This document shows, piece by piece, positions 19,890 through 28,273 of a stretch of 39,859 bases of DNA; within the stretch, counting starts at the first letter, position 1; each line of letters begins with the position of its first letter. Where the stretch lies: contig JAWOID010000016.1 in the NCBI GenBank assembly GCA_046484865.1, positions 1 to 39,859 on the forward strand, read 5' to 3'. A program made the position numbers and the translations under genes. Below the pieces are notes generated by a model. It was not told where the DNA came from, searched no databases, and saw nothing but the letters and a program-made list of their open reading frames with translations. Source of the stretch: Candidatus Krumholzibacteriia bacterium. GTDB taxonomy: Bacteria > Krumholzibacteriota > Krumholzibacteriia > LZORAL124-64-63.

Positions 19890-20777
19890 ATGCCGTCCAT
19901 GCCGGCGCAGATCCGCATCGTGACCTACAACATCCAGCGCGCGATCCACCTCTCGGCCCTGCTCGAACTGTTCGAGTCCGCGCCCGCCTTCCGGGACGCC
20001 GACATCGTCGCCATCCAGGAAGCCACCTACCTCCCCGATGGTCGCAACGTCCTGGAACGTCTGGCGCACGTGCTCTCGCCGGATCACCTGTGGACGTACA
20101 GGACGGTGATGGCCTACCCCGACAAGGAGTACGGCAACGGCTTCCTGTTCCGGCAAAGCACGCGCGTGCTGGCGTCGCGGCCGGTGCCGCTGCCGGTGGT
20201 GACGCGGCTGCGCTGGTACGAGAAGCAGAAGACCGAGGGCGGCCGGCCCGACACCAAGTCGGCGCTCGTGCAGACCTTCCAGCTCGGGGACTGGACGATC
20301 CGGGTCGCCAACGTCCACCTCGACTTCGCCGGCGGCTGGCGACACCGGCGAACCCAGCTCGACCACCTCCTCGAGGCGGTGGACGCCGAGGGCGACCGGC
20401 CCGAGCCGGGCCATGACGAAGCCCGCCTCGACGTCGTCTGCGGCGACTTCAATACCGTCGGCCAGTACCGGCTGCCGCCGGCGCGACGAGATACGCGTCG
20501 ATCGCTCGCGGCGGCCACTCGCCGCGGCTACGTGGACGCCACCGCCGGGATCCGGTACACCAGCGATCTGTTCGGCAGCATCGATCCGGCCGATCCCGCC
20601 GGCGGCTTCCTGCGCCTGGGCAGGCGCGGCGGCATGCATTTCCGGCAGAAGACCGATCACGTGCTCGTCCGCGGTCACGTCATGCCCGCGAGCTCGCGGA
20701 TCGTGGACCACCCCGAATCGGAGCTGTTCGAGATCTCCGACCACCTCCCGATCGAGCTGACTCTGCGGCCGCGGTAG
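19890..20777 (+). CDS. Endonuclease/exonuclease/phosphatase (EEP) family protein
   Basis: VTYNI, IVAIQE, NVHL, CGDFN, TDHVL, SDHLPI motifs; RBS GGAGGT. Confidence 0.92.
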   Translation: MPSMPAQIRIVTYNIQRAIHLSALLELFESAPAFRDADIVAIQEATYLPDGRNVLERLAHVLSPDHLWTYRTVMAYPDKEYGNGFLFRQSTRVLASRPVPLPVVTRLRWYEKQKTEGGRPDTKSALVQTFQLGDWTIRVANVHLDFAGGWRHRRTQLDHLLEAVDAEGDRPEPGHDEARLDVVCGDFNTVGQYRLPPARRDTRRSLAAATRRGYVDATAGIRYTSDLFGSIDPADPAGGFLRLGRRGGMHFRQKTDHVLVRGHVMPASSRIVDHPESELFEISDHLPIELTLRPR

Positions 20778-20848
20778 GGCCGTCGCGAGGGCGGCCACGA
20801 GGGGTGGCGGGGGACCAGCCGCAGCAGGCCGCTCATGAATCATCCGGG

Positions 20849-21559
20849 TTAGACCTCCGCCAGCAACCCCATGCCCGCGCGTATGGAGCCCGTCTCTGCG
20901 TCCTCCTTGCCGCCGAGGTCGAACCACCAGTCGCGCAGCGCCAGCAGTTCGCTGCCGACGATCCCCTCGGCGCCCATCAACCCGAGCGCCAGGGCGAGCA
21001 TCGTCGGCAATGATCCGAAACGCAGCACGTACTCCTGTGCGCCGAGCGTCAACGGCACCTCGCGCACCTCGGTCTCGAACTTGCCGAAGGCGGGGTAGAA
21101 GTCCTCCACCTCATCCACCACGGGGTACGGTGCGATCACGTCGGGCGGCAGGTAGCCCAGCTGCGCGCCCGTGTCCACGACCACGCGCACCGGACGACCG
21201 GCCACGTCCGCCGTGGCCACCGGCACACCCATGCATTCGGCGAGATCGATCCGCGACAGTGACGGATCGGCCGGTCCGGCCGCCCCGAACTCGAGCCGGC
21301 CGGTGCGGCGGATGTGGAAGGGAGTCTGACGCAGGACGTCGGTGCCGAGCAGCACGTCGAACTCGATGCCGGCCATCGCCGCGATGGCGTCGACGCTGAG
21401 ACCGAGCTGGTTCCGCTGCAGCTGGTGGACGGTTCCCGCGACGGTCAGCCGCTCGCGGTTGCCGAACGATGACGGCGAGCCGGTGTCCACGAGGGCGCGG
21501 ACGCCGTCGATCGTCACGATCGGATGTCCCTGGACCATCTGCCAGGTGTGGATCGACAT
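20849..21559 (-). CDS. Two-domain retropepsin-like aspartyl protease
   Basis: ALVDTGS...VLLGTD and VVVDTGA...GIVGSE give two DTG plus hydrophobic-Gly halves; RBS GAGAGGA; no signal peptide. Confidence 0.85.
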   Translation of the reverse strand: MSIHTWQMVQGHPIVTIDGVRALVDTGSPSSFGNRERLTVAGTVHQLQRNQLGLSVDAIAAMAGIEFDVLLGTDVLRQTPFHIRRTGRLEFGAAGPADPSLSRIDLAECMGVPVATADVAGRPVRVVVDTGAQLGYLPPDVIAPYPVVDEVEDFYPAFGKFETEVREVPLTLGAQEYVLRFGSLPTMLALALGLMGAEGIVGSELLALRDWWFDLGGKEDAETGSIRAGMGLLAEV

Positions 21560-21570
21560 GACTGATTCCT

Positions 21571-21598
21571 CTCGGTTGTGCCAGCGAAATTGTGTCTG
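21571..21598 (+). repeat. 28-bp direct repeat, copy 1 (CTCGGTTGTGCCAGCGAAATTGTGTCTG)
   Basis: Identical to 23508-23535; abuts the RBS of the aspartyl protease gene. Confidence 0.95.
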
Positions 21599-21644
21599 GT
21601 GCCTGGCGGCCCTCCGAACCGGGACCGGCCCGTTGGCTTCCGAG

Positions 21645-21696
21645 ATTGACAGGCCCCGGTCAATGGAAGTATTTTAATAGTGTTCTAACAACACTA
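21645..21696 (+). promoter_or_regulatory. Putative sigma70 promoter and operator of the TrmB-like gene
   Basis: TTGACA(21646)-N18-TATTTT(21670); palindromes ATTGAC-N8-GTCAAT and TAGTGTT-N5-AACACTA (21678-21696) in an AT-rich patch. Confidence 0.6.
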
Positions 21697-21725
21697 ATAT
21701 TCGGCATGAGGGGATACTCCAGACG

Positions 21726-22694
21726 ATGCCGCCCGACCCGCAACTCTCTCAGATGCTTGTCTATCTTGGACTTACGAAGCCAGAGGCCGACGCTTACGTG
21801 CAACTGCTGCTCCTCGCCTCGGAACGGTCGATGACCCCCGCGGGCCCTGACGATGAGCAAGAAGCAACAGGCGACCACCCCCGCGCGGAGGCCGCAGGAG
21901 CCGTGACCGGCTACCGGCTGGCCAGGGCGCTGGGCAAGGATCCCACCGGTGTGTACCGGGCGCTCGACGACCTGAAGCGGCGGGGCGCCGTGGAGCTGGT
22001 GCCCGGGCGCAAGGAGTCGAGCGCCGCGCGGTACTGGCCGGTCGAGCCCGAGCTCGTGATCCGGGACCTCGAGCGCGAGTACCGGCGCCGCAGCCGGGAA
22101 GCCGCGCGAGGACTGGCACCGCTGAAGCCACGCCCCGACACCGAGGAGGTGCACCGCCTGCACGATCGCGACCAGGTGCTCGATCGCTTCGGTCTGCTCC
22201 TGGACGAGTGCCGGTACGTGGCCCTCCTCGACCTCGCCCCCGAACTGCTCCTGTGGTTCCGGGGACGCATCGAGCGCGCGGTCGGGCGCGGCGTGACGGT
22301 GCTGATGAAGCTCTACCGGGAGCCCCCGCGGGACCGGGTGCCCGCAGGCGTGCACGTGGTGATCGATCCGCAGGGAGACCTCGCGCTGAAGCTGGCCCCC
22401 GGCCTGGTGCTGCACGGGGTGTTCGACTGTTCGCGTCAACTCGTCACCTATCTGCCGCGGCTGCGCGAGGCGGCGGTGGCACAGGCGTTCTGGACGGCGA
22501 ACCTGTTTCTCGCCTTCCAGGCGCATTCGGGGCTCGCGAACGAGATCATGGCCACCGAGATGCGGGCGATGCTGGCGCAACACGTCCCTGCCGACCGGAT
22601 CAGCGGGCGCGCGGATCAGCTCGAGTCGCTGGCGCACGGGAGCGTCGACTGGCAAGCGTTGCATCGTGCGTGGGCCTCGGGCCGACCGGAATGA
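21726..22694 (+). CDS. TrmB-family transcriptional regulator
   Basis: LGLTKPEADAYVQLL...TGYRLARALG...VYRALDDLKRRGAV...YWPVEPE winged-HTH pattern plus a C-terminal effector-like domain. Confidence 0.85.
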   Translation: MPPDPQLSQMLVYLGLTKPEADAYVQLLLLASERSMTPAGPDDEQEATGDHPRAEAAGAVTGYRLARALGKDPTGVYRALDDLKRRGAVELVPGRKESSAARYWPVEPELVIRDLEREYRRRSREAARGLAPLKPRPDTEEVHRLHDRDQVLDRFGLLLDECRYVALLDLAPELLLWFRGRIERAVGRGVTVLMKLYREPPRDRVPAGVHVVIDPQGDLALKLAPGLVLHGVFDCSRQLVTYLPRLREAAVAQAFWTANLFLAFQAHSGLANEIMATEMRAMLAQHVPADRISGRADQLESLAHGSVDWQALHRAWASGRPE

Positions 22695-22781
22695 ACCTCG
22701 GGCCGATGCCTGGAACCAGCCTCGGACCGAGCCTGGAGCCGGCCTCGGACCGACCAGGCCGAACGGAGGAGTGACCGGGCC

Positions 22782-23507
22782 ATGGACCTCGTCCTGATCG
22801 CTCTGCTGACCCTGTTCGCCAGCGGCGCCGGCACGCTGACCGGGTTCGGCACGTCCACCATCATGGTGCCGGTCATGGTCTCGTTCTTCACATTGTCCGA
22901 GACGCTGCTGTTCGTCGGCATCATCCACTGGTTCGGAAATCTCTGGAAGATGGCCCTGTTCCGCGAGGGTCTGCGCTGGGGGCTGATCGTCAAGTTCGGC
23001 GTTCCGGGCATCCTGGCGACCATCGCCGGCGGGCTGCTCGTCTTCCAGGTTTCGGAGACCATCCTGTCGCGCGTCCTCGGCGCCGCGCTGCTCGCCTACG
23101 TCGTCTTCATCACCGTCAAGACTCGCTTCAAGATCCCTGAAGCGACATCGACGGCCATCGCCGGCGGAACCCTGTACGGATTCAGTGCGGGGATCTTCGG
23201 GATCGGCGGCGCAGTTCGCGGCGCCTTCCTGTCGGCGTTCGACCTGCCCAAGTCGGTGTACATCGCCACGGCCGGCGCCATCGGACTGGCCGTGGACAGC
23301 GGCCGCCTGGCGACCTACTGGTCGGAGGGCGCCGAGCTGGGTTCGCGACTGGGCTGGGGCTTGCTGCTGTTCATCCCGGTGTCGTTCGTGGGCGCCAAGA
23401 TCGCCGAGCGGATCGTCCAGCGGATCCCGCAGGAGCGCTTCCGCCTGGTCATCGCCGCCTTCCTGTGCCTGGTCGGCTTGAAGCTGCTGCTCTTCCCCCC
23501 GAGCTGA
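22782..23507 (+). CDS. Sulfite exporter TauE/SafE family membrane protein
   Basis: GTLTGFG and GIFGIGGA repeats, about 8 TM segments, GAKIAERIVQRIP...F C-terminus. Confidence 0.88.
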   Translation: MDLVLIALLTLFASGAGTLTGFGTSTIMVPVMVSFFTLSETLLFVGIIHWFGNLWKMALFREGLRWGLIVKFGVPGILATIAGGLLVFQVSETILSRVLGAALLAYVVFITVKTRFKIPEATSTAIAGGTLYGFSAGIFGIGGAVRGAFLSAFDLPKSVYIATAGAIGLAVDSGRLATYWSEGAELGSRLGWGLLLFIPVSFVGAKIAERIVQRIPQERFRLVIAAFLCLVGLKLLLFPPS

Positions 23508-23649
23508 CTCGGTTGTGCCAGCGAAATTGTGTCTGTGGGTTCGGAGCGCCGAACGGCAGCACCATGACTGCCGTGGCGAGGATGAAGTATCAAGCCCAAC
23601 CCGCCGCTCCAGGCCTTCCCGGCGCCGGACACATTTTCCCTGGCACAAC
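23508..23649. repeat. 136-bp element with 21-bp imperfect terminal inverted repeats (copy A); left end includes the second 28-bp direct repeat
   Basis: TTGTGCCAGCGAAATTGTGTC (23513) ... GACACATTTTCCCTGGCACAA (ends 23648); interior homologous to 27066-27200. Confidence 0.85.
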
Positions 23650-24017
23650 GGAGGTTTTCGCGGGGAGCATCGTGATATCGATCGGGTATCGTACCGGGAG
23701 CGAGACTCCCATGCTCCATACTGTCCGGGAATGTGCCGCGCAATCTCCCCGCAAATGTCGATGTGCCACTTCGCTCGCCGGTTCGCCTGTCACTTCGCCT
23801 ACAGCTCCACGCCCGCTCACCTGCCGCCGCGCCTGCGGCTCGCCCGCCCACTCACCGGCCATTTCCCCACCACGGCGGCGACCGGTCGTTGATGGGCCGG
23901 TTCCCCACCGCCGCGGACCGGTCGTTGATGTGCAGACCATACGGGGGTACCGTTCCACGCCATGGAATGATTCATGCAGATGATATCGCGAATCTCAGCG
24001 CGAATCCGGAGGTGGTC

Positions 24018-25037
24018 ATGCCCAGGAAGCTGAACCCGGACCTCAGCCACAGCGACAAGCTGCTGCGGCTGTTCGCCATCCTGTGCTTCCGGCCCGGCAG
24101 TCGCTCGCTGACCCAGCTCGCGGCCGAGGTGGGGTGCTCGAAGCAGGTGGTGCAGCGGCTGGTGAGCCAGATCGAGAGCGGCTACGGCGTGCGCATCGAG
24201 CGGGAGAAGCGCGGCAACCGGCTCTATTACACCTTCGAGCCGCCGCGGAAGTTCGCGCCGGCGGCCATGCTCACTCCCGCGGAACTGACCACCCTGCAGA
24301 TGTGCCGCGCCTTCACCGAGCACCTCCTGGGCGCCGCGCAGTTCCGGGACGCCATGCTGGCCATCGAGAAGAGCACCAACATGCTGCCCGAGAACGAGGT
24401 GCTGCCCGAAGGGAACTTCGGCGTGCTGCGCTTCGGCACCATCGACTACTCGCCCTTCCAGAAGCAGTTGCGGACGCTGATCGAGTCCATGGAGAGGAAG
24501 CGGGTGTGCGAGGTGGAGTACCGGCGAGTCCTGGACGAGCGATGGAAGCGGTTCCGGATCAAGCCGCTGAAGATCTTCTCGCACCGCGAGTCGATCTACG
24601 TGCACGCGCGCTACGCGAAGATGCCGGGCGAGGTGTTCAAGCCCGCGGGCTACGATCCGCTGCTGGCACTGCAACGGTTCGGCACGGTGACGATGACCGA
24701 CACCCGGTTCACCTTCCCCGCCGACTACGACTTCGAGCGCGCGATGAACCGGCAGTTCGGCGTGATCCACGGCCGGCGCTTCAAGGTGGTGGCGGATTTC
24801 ACCGGCTGGGCGGCCGGCTTCGTGACCGAGCGGGTGTGGAGCCCGGATCAGGTGGTCGAGCGGCGGCGCGACGGTGGCGTGCGGCTGGAGTTCACGTCGA
24901 GTTCGGACGTCGAGGTTCTGAACTGGATCCTGTCGTTCGGCGACGAGGGTCGGCTGGTGGGGCCGGCATGGCTGGTGGAGAAGCTGAGGGAGCGGCTCGA
25001 CGAGGTGGCGAAGCTCTATGCGTCACCGGTGACCTGA
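24018..25037 (+). CDS. WYL-domain transcriptional regulator (HTH-WYL-WCX)
   Basis: N-terminal HTH (LTQLAAEVGCSKQVVQRLV), CEVEY...IKPLKI...IYVHA WYL core, WSPDQ...WILSFGD...P.WL WCX tail; RBS GGAGGT. Confidence 0.93.
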   Translation: MPRKLNPDLSHSDKLLRLFAILCFRPGSRSLTQLAAEVGCSKQVVQRLVSQIESGYGVRIEREKRGNRLYYTFEPPRKFAPAAMLTPAELTTLQMCRAFTEHLLGAAQFRDAMLAIEKSTNMLPENEVLPEGNFGVLRFGTIDYSPFQKQLRTLIESMERKRVCEVEYRRVLDERWKRFRIKPLKIFSHRESIYVHARYAKMPGEVFKPAGYDPLLALQRFGTVTMTDTRFTFPADYDFERAMNRQFGVIHGRRFKVVADFTGWAAGFVTERVWSPDQVVERRRDGGVRLEFTSSSDVEVLNWILSFGDEGRLVGPAWLVEKLRERLDEVAKLYASPVT

Positions 25038-25068
25038 CGGCCGGCGGCGCGATCGCCGCAGCGATCGG

Positions 25069-25911
25069 TCAGATCCCGCCGAACGGCGACGGCTTTCCGG
25101 CCAGGAACGCCTCCCGGGCACGGCGGAACTCCTCCCCCGCCCACGACGCATGGCGCAGCGCGGCGATCTCCTCGAGGGCCGCGTGCGGCAGCGACTCCGC
25201 GTCTTCCAGCAGCGCGAGGATCCGCCGCGTCCCGCGCAACGCCTGCGGTCCGCCCCGGGCCACCGCTTCCAGCATCTGCATCGCGGCCGTCGCCAGCTCC
25301 TCGGCTCCGACCACCCGGTGGAAGAAGCCCACCTGCTGCGCTCGCTCGGCCGAGATGGCTTCGCCCGTGAACAGCAGTTCCCTGGTCAGGGACGAGCCGA
25401 ACCCCCGCAGCAGCCTGCGCAGCCCCGTGTGGCTGTAGACCAGCCCCAGGCGCACCGGCGGTACCCCCAGACGCACCTGGTCGCTGGCCACGCGCAGGTC
25501 GGCGCAGGCCAGCAGCTCGACCGCGCCACCCCAGGCATCCCCCTGCACGGCCGCCACCACCGGCGCCGGATAGTGGACCAGCCGGGCCAGCGCCTGCTCG
25601 AAGGGATGACCGGCGCGCACGGCGGCGTCGCGATGGAAGACCTCCTCGGGGATCTCGCCGATGGCGTAGCCGGTGGAGAAGTGCTTGCCCTGGGCGGCGA
25701 GCAGCAGCAGCGGCGGATCGGGCCGTGCCGCCAGCCGATCCAGGGCAGCCACCAGGGTCTCGAGCAGGTCGCGGTCGAGGACGTTGCGGGGCGGCCGGAC
25801 CAGGCGCAGTTCGGTCCAGCGCTCGTGCGCGATCACGCTCACGGGTTGATCCAGGGCAGAGATGATGGACCTCCAGGTTGAACGGCGCCCGCCGCGCCGG
25901 TGCGTCGACAT
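25069..25911 (-). CDS. Enoyl-CoA hydratase/isomerase family protein
   Basis: FSTGYAI, PVVAAVQGDAWGGAVEL..ADLR, ELLFTGEAISAERA. Start uncertain (ATG 25911 or GTG 25842). Confidence 0.9.
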   Translation of the reverse strand: MSTHRRGGRRSTWRSIISALDQPVSVIAHERWTELRLVRPPRNVLDRDLLETLVAALDRLAARPDPPLLLLAAQGKHFSTGYAIGEIPEEVFHRDAAVRAGHPFEQALARLVHYPAPVVAAVQGDAWGGAVELLACADLRVASDQVRLGVPPVRLGLVYSHTGLRRLLRGFGSSLTRELLFTGEAISAERAQQVGFFHRVVGAEELATAAMQMLEAVARGGPQALRGTRRILALLEDAESLPHAALEEIAALRHASWAGEEFRRAREAFLAGKPSPFGGI

Positions 25912-25945
25912 GATGCAGAAGATGGCCGGGTGATCGAGATGTTTC

Positions 25946-26686
25946 CTATCGACGCGGCTCGGCGGCGGACCGCCGCAGGTTCTCCAGGAGATCGTCGCGG
26001 AACCCGGCGCCGGGCGCCACGAAGCTGGCCAGCAGCGAGCGGCGGTGAGCCGGCCCGATGTCGGTCTGGTCGATGACCACATCGCCCCCGCGCCGCTGGA
26101 AGATGGTGCGCAACGTGTCGCCGGCGATCGTGTAGGTGAAGCGGTCGCCCGCCGCAATATCTTGCGCGCGCAGCGGCGCCAGCCAGACCGGCAGCCCGGC
26201 TGCGACGGTGTCGAATGCCGCCGCGTCGAGCAGTCCCGATCGCACCGCCCGCCTCATGTCTCCGATCACCTCGTCGAGAAAACGTTCCAGTCCGACGGCT
26301 CGCCGGAAGACCAGTTGCGCCCGCGCGTCCTGGCTACCAGCGACCGCGCCGGCGAGCGCGTCCGCGAGCGGAACCGTGCGCGGGTCGCGCGAGTTCGTGC
26401 GCGGGGCCATGCGCGGGTCTGCGAGTGAGTCACGTGGATCCGTGCAAGGGTCCGCGAGCGCGCGCGCCCCGGCGGATTCGGCCATGGTCAGGTGCTGCCG
26501 TAGTTCGCGAACGGTCGCCGGTCCGAGCCACAGCTCGAGCGCGACGACATCGACCCGGAAGATCGTCCTCTCCAGGACCGCATGGACGACGAGACCGGGG
26601 CGATTCTCCAGCCGCGGCAGTGGCGACGCCGAGACAACCAGCGTCGCGGCGACAAGGCCCGCAACCACGTTCCAGTTCGGGAGCAT
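25946..26686 (-). CDS. Exported hypothetical protein, possibly chalcone-isomerase-like fold
   Basis: Signal-like N-terminus; QLVFRRAV...DIAAGDRFTYTI...LLASFV resembles bacterial CHI-like proteins; contains a DPR low-complexity insert. Confidence 0.6.
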   Translation of the reverse strand: MLPNWNVVAGLVAATLVVSASPLPRLENRPGLVVHAVLERTIFRVDVVALELWLGPATVRELRQHLTMAESAGARALADPCTDPRDSLADPRMAPRTNSRDPRTVPLADALAGAVAGSQDARAQLVFRRAVGLERFLDEVIGDMRRAVRSGLLDAAAFDTVAAGLPVWLAPLRAQDIAAGDRFTYTIAGDTLRTIFQRRGGDVVIDQTDIGPAHRRSLLASFVAPGAGFRDDLLENLRRSAAEPRR

Positions 26687-26900
26687 GATCACTTCCGGTT
26701 CCCCTGCAGCATCGCCGCCCGTCCACCGGCGCCAGGGGAGGATCGCCGTGACTCGCGCCGTCCCCGAGGACATCGGGCGACAAACGTACGCCGGCGCTCG
26801 TGAGGGCGCCAGGATTTCGCAGCGGAGAAGCCGGCGTGACGGGGGCAGGGACGAGGGCAGGCGAAACGAATTCAAAACAGCAGATAAAGTGATTAAACGT

Positions 26901-27240
26901 GTGTACCCGGGTACATTATACTGTATACAGGACTGGGCGCCCGTTCAATCCCTCCCCGAGGGTCCCCCAATACGCCCGCAAATTGGGGGCGTGAGCACGC
27001 TGACCGGCATGGTGAGCGCCTTCTTCGCGGCCAGCGCCGGCAGGGCCGGGAACTCAGGCATTCCCTTGTGCCAGGGGAAATGTGTCCAGCGGTTCGAGGC
27101 GCCGATCGGCAGCATGATGGCTACCATCGGACGGACGAAGGATCAAATCCAGTGCCCGTGCAGGGTCCTCGGAGCCCTGGACACATTTTCCCAGGCAGAA
27201 CCCAGACATTCTGTATAAAATATGCAGCACCCGGGTACAC
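26901..27240. repeat. 340-bp non-coding segment bounded by 32-bp imperfect inverted repeats
   Basis: GTGTACCCGGGTACATTATACTGTATACAGGA versus the reverse complement of the right end GTGTACCCGGGTGCTGCATATTTTATACAGAA: 25/32 identical by hand count. Confidence 0.7.
27066..27200. repeat. 135-bp element with 21-bp terminal inverted repeats (copy B)
   Basis: TTGTGCCAGGGGAAATGTGTC ... GACACATTTTCCCAGGCAGAA; ends are 18/21 and 19/21 identical to copy A, and an interior block is 42/56 identical ungapped. Confidence 0.85.
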
Positions 27241-27286
27241 TCGGAAAAATTCGGGGAGATCAAAATTACTTGGTTCGACGGCAAAC

Positions 27287-27318
27287 CGGAAGAGGCCCCC
27301 GGGTGGGGGCCCCTTCCG
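27287..27318. terminator. GC-rich hairpin, possible terminator
   Basis: CGGAAGAGGCCCCC-GGGT-GGGGGCCCCTTCCG, about 75 nt downstream of the 27393 stop; weak U-tract. Confidence 0.5.
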
Positions 27319-27392
27319 ATATCGCTGGCGGTTGCGCACATCCGCACACCCGCAGATCTAACGAAACCGCAGAAATCTGCGAATCCTTCGTA

Positions 27393-28037
27393 CTATCGAT
27401 ACAGCGCCTTGACGCCGCTCCAGGTCTGGTTCTCGCTGGAGACCGACTGGGGGTCGTACTCGTAGGTGATGGTGGCGGTCCAGGTCGCCTCCGTCCTCAC
27501 TCCGTACGCGGACTGCCCGCCGTAAGCGCTCAGCGACGACAGAACCGTGGTCGAGACCGCCAGGGGGCGCGTGCCGGTGCCGTCGAATGCGGCGAAGCCG
27601 GCGTCGGCAGGCAGCCAGGAAAGGCTGGTGTTCACGGTGTCGCCGTAGGGCAGCGTCACGCCGGACGTACCGTCCCAGTCCATCACACCGTCGTACGGGC
27701 CGACCATGGTGAGCGGATACGTGAAGGTATTGCCCTGGCTGAGCACCGTGGCCGACTCGAACTCGGCCGTCATCACCCAGCTCACGTCGTTGACCTGGAA
27801 GCCGCCGTCGCTGGCGCCCATGTTCTCGTAGAAGAAGGAGCCGTCGACCACGCTGGAGATCTCGAGCGTCACCGACAGCAGATCGCCCAGGACGGCGACG
27901 TTGTGCTGGGGAACGTCGAGGGTGGCGTAGAAGTCGGTGAGACCGCCGTTCGTGACCTCGATGGTCTGGGTTTCCGTCGCGGCCTGGGCGGAGACGGCAA
28001 ACACGATGGCGAGCAGGACCATCAGCAGCCTGTTCAT
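27393..28037 (-). CDS. Secreted choice-of-anchor E-like protein with TWSGVKALYR tail
   Basis: RBS AAGGA; signal peptide ending AQA-A; LGDLLSVTL, YDGVMDWDGTSG and ATITYEY resemble choice-of-anchor E domains. Confidence 0.8.
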   Translation of the reverse strand: MNRLLMVLLAIVFAVSAQAATETQTIEVTNGGLTDFYATLDVPQHNVAVLGDLLSVTLEISSVVDGSFFYENMGASDGGFQVNDVSWVMTAEFESATVLSQGNTFTYPLTMVGPYDGVMDWDGTSGVTLPYGDTVNTSLSWLPADAGFAAFDGTGTRPLAVSTTVLSSLSAYGGQSAYGVRTEATWTATITYEYDPQSVSSENQTWSGVKALYR

Positions 28038-28273
28038 GGGGGTGTCCTTTCGATCGTTGTCGTGACGCGCGGGTGGTATATGTGGGCGCCAATCCCCCCA
28101 CAGCTGGCAAAAATACCACTTGGTGCCCGTTTTGTATACAATCTTCTCGATTTTTGTCGAATGAAGTCTGCCCTGGTGCGAAACTCCTGGACCGCCTCTC
28201 GCCGATCGGGAACGCAGCCCGATCGCACCCCCGGCCATCGACAGCGAGACCGAGGCGGGTTATGCTCGTCCGC

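Noticed and set aside
20790..20854. GTCTAAC over the protease stop (and ATCTAAC at 27356) as attC R'' sites
   Set aside because: No paired L boxes or downstream GTT core at a plausible distance.
21571..21598. 28-bp repeat as an XerCD dif site
   Set aside because: Length fits, but there is no TTATGTTAAAT-like XerD arm or 11-6-11 symmetry.
23628..23660. TGGCAC within the repeated motif as a sigma54 -24 box
   Set aside because: None of the TGGCAC copies has GC at the required GG-N10-GC spacing.
27211..27227. CTGTATAAAATATGCAG as an E. coli-type SOS box
   Set aside because: Spacing is CTG-N11-CAG rather than N10; better explained as part of the 32-bp inverted repeat.
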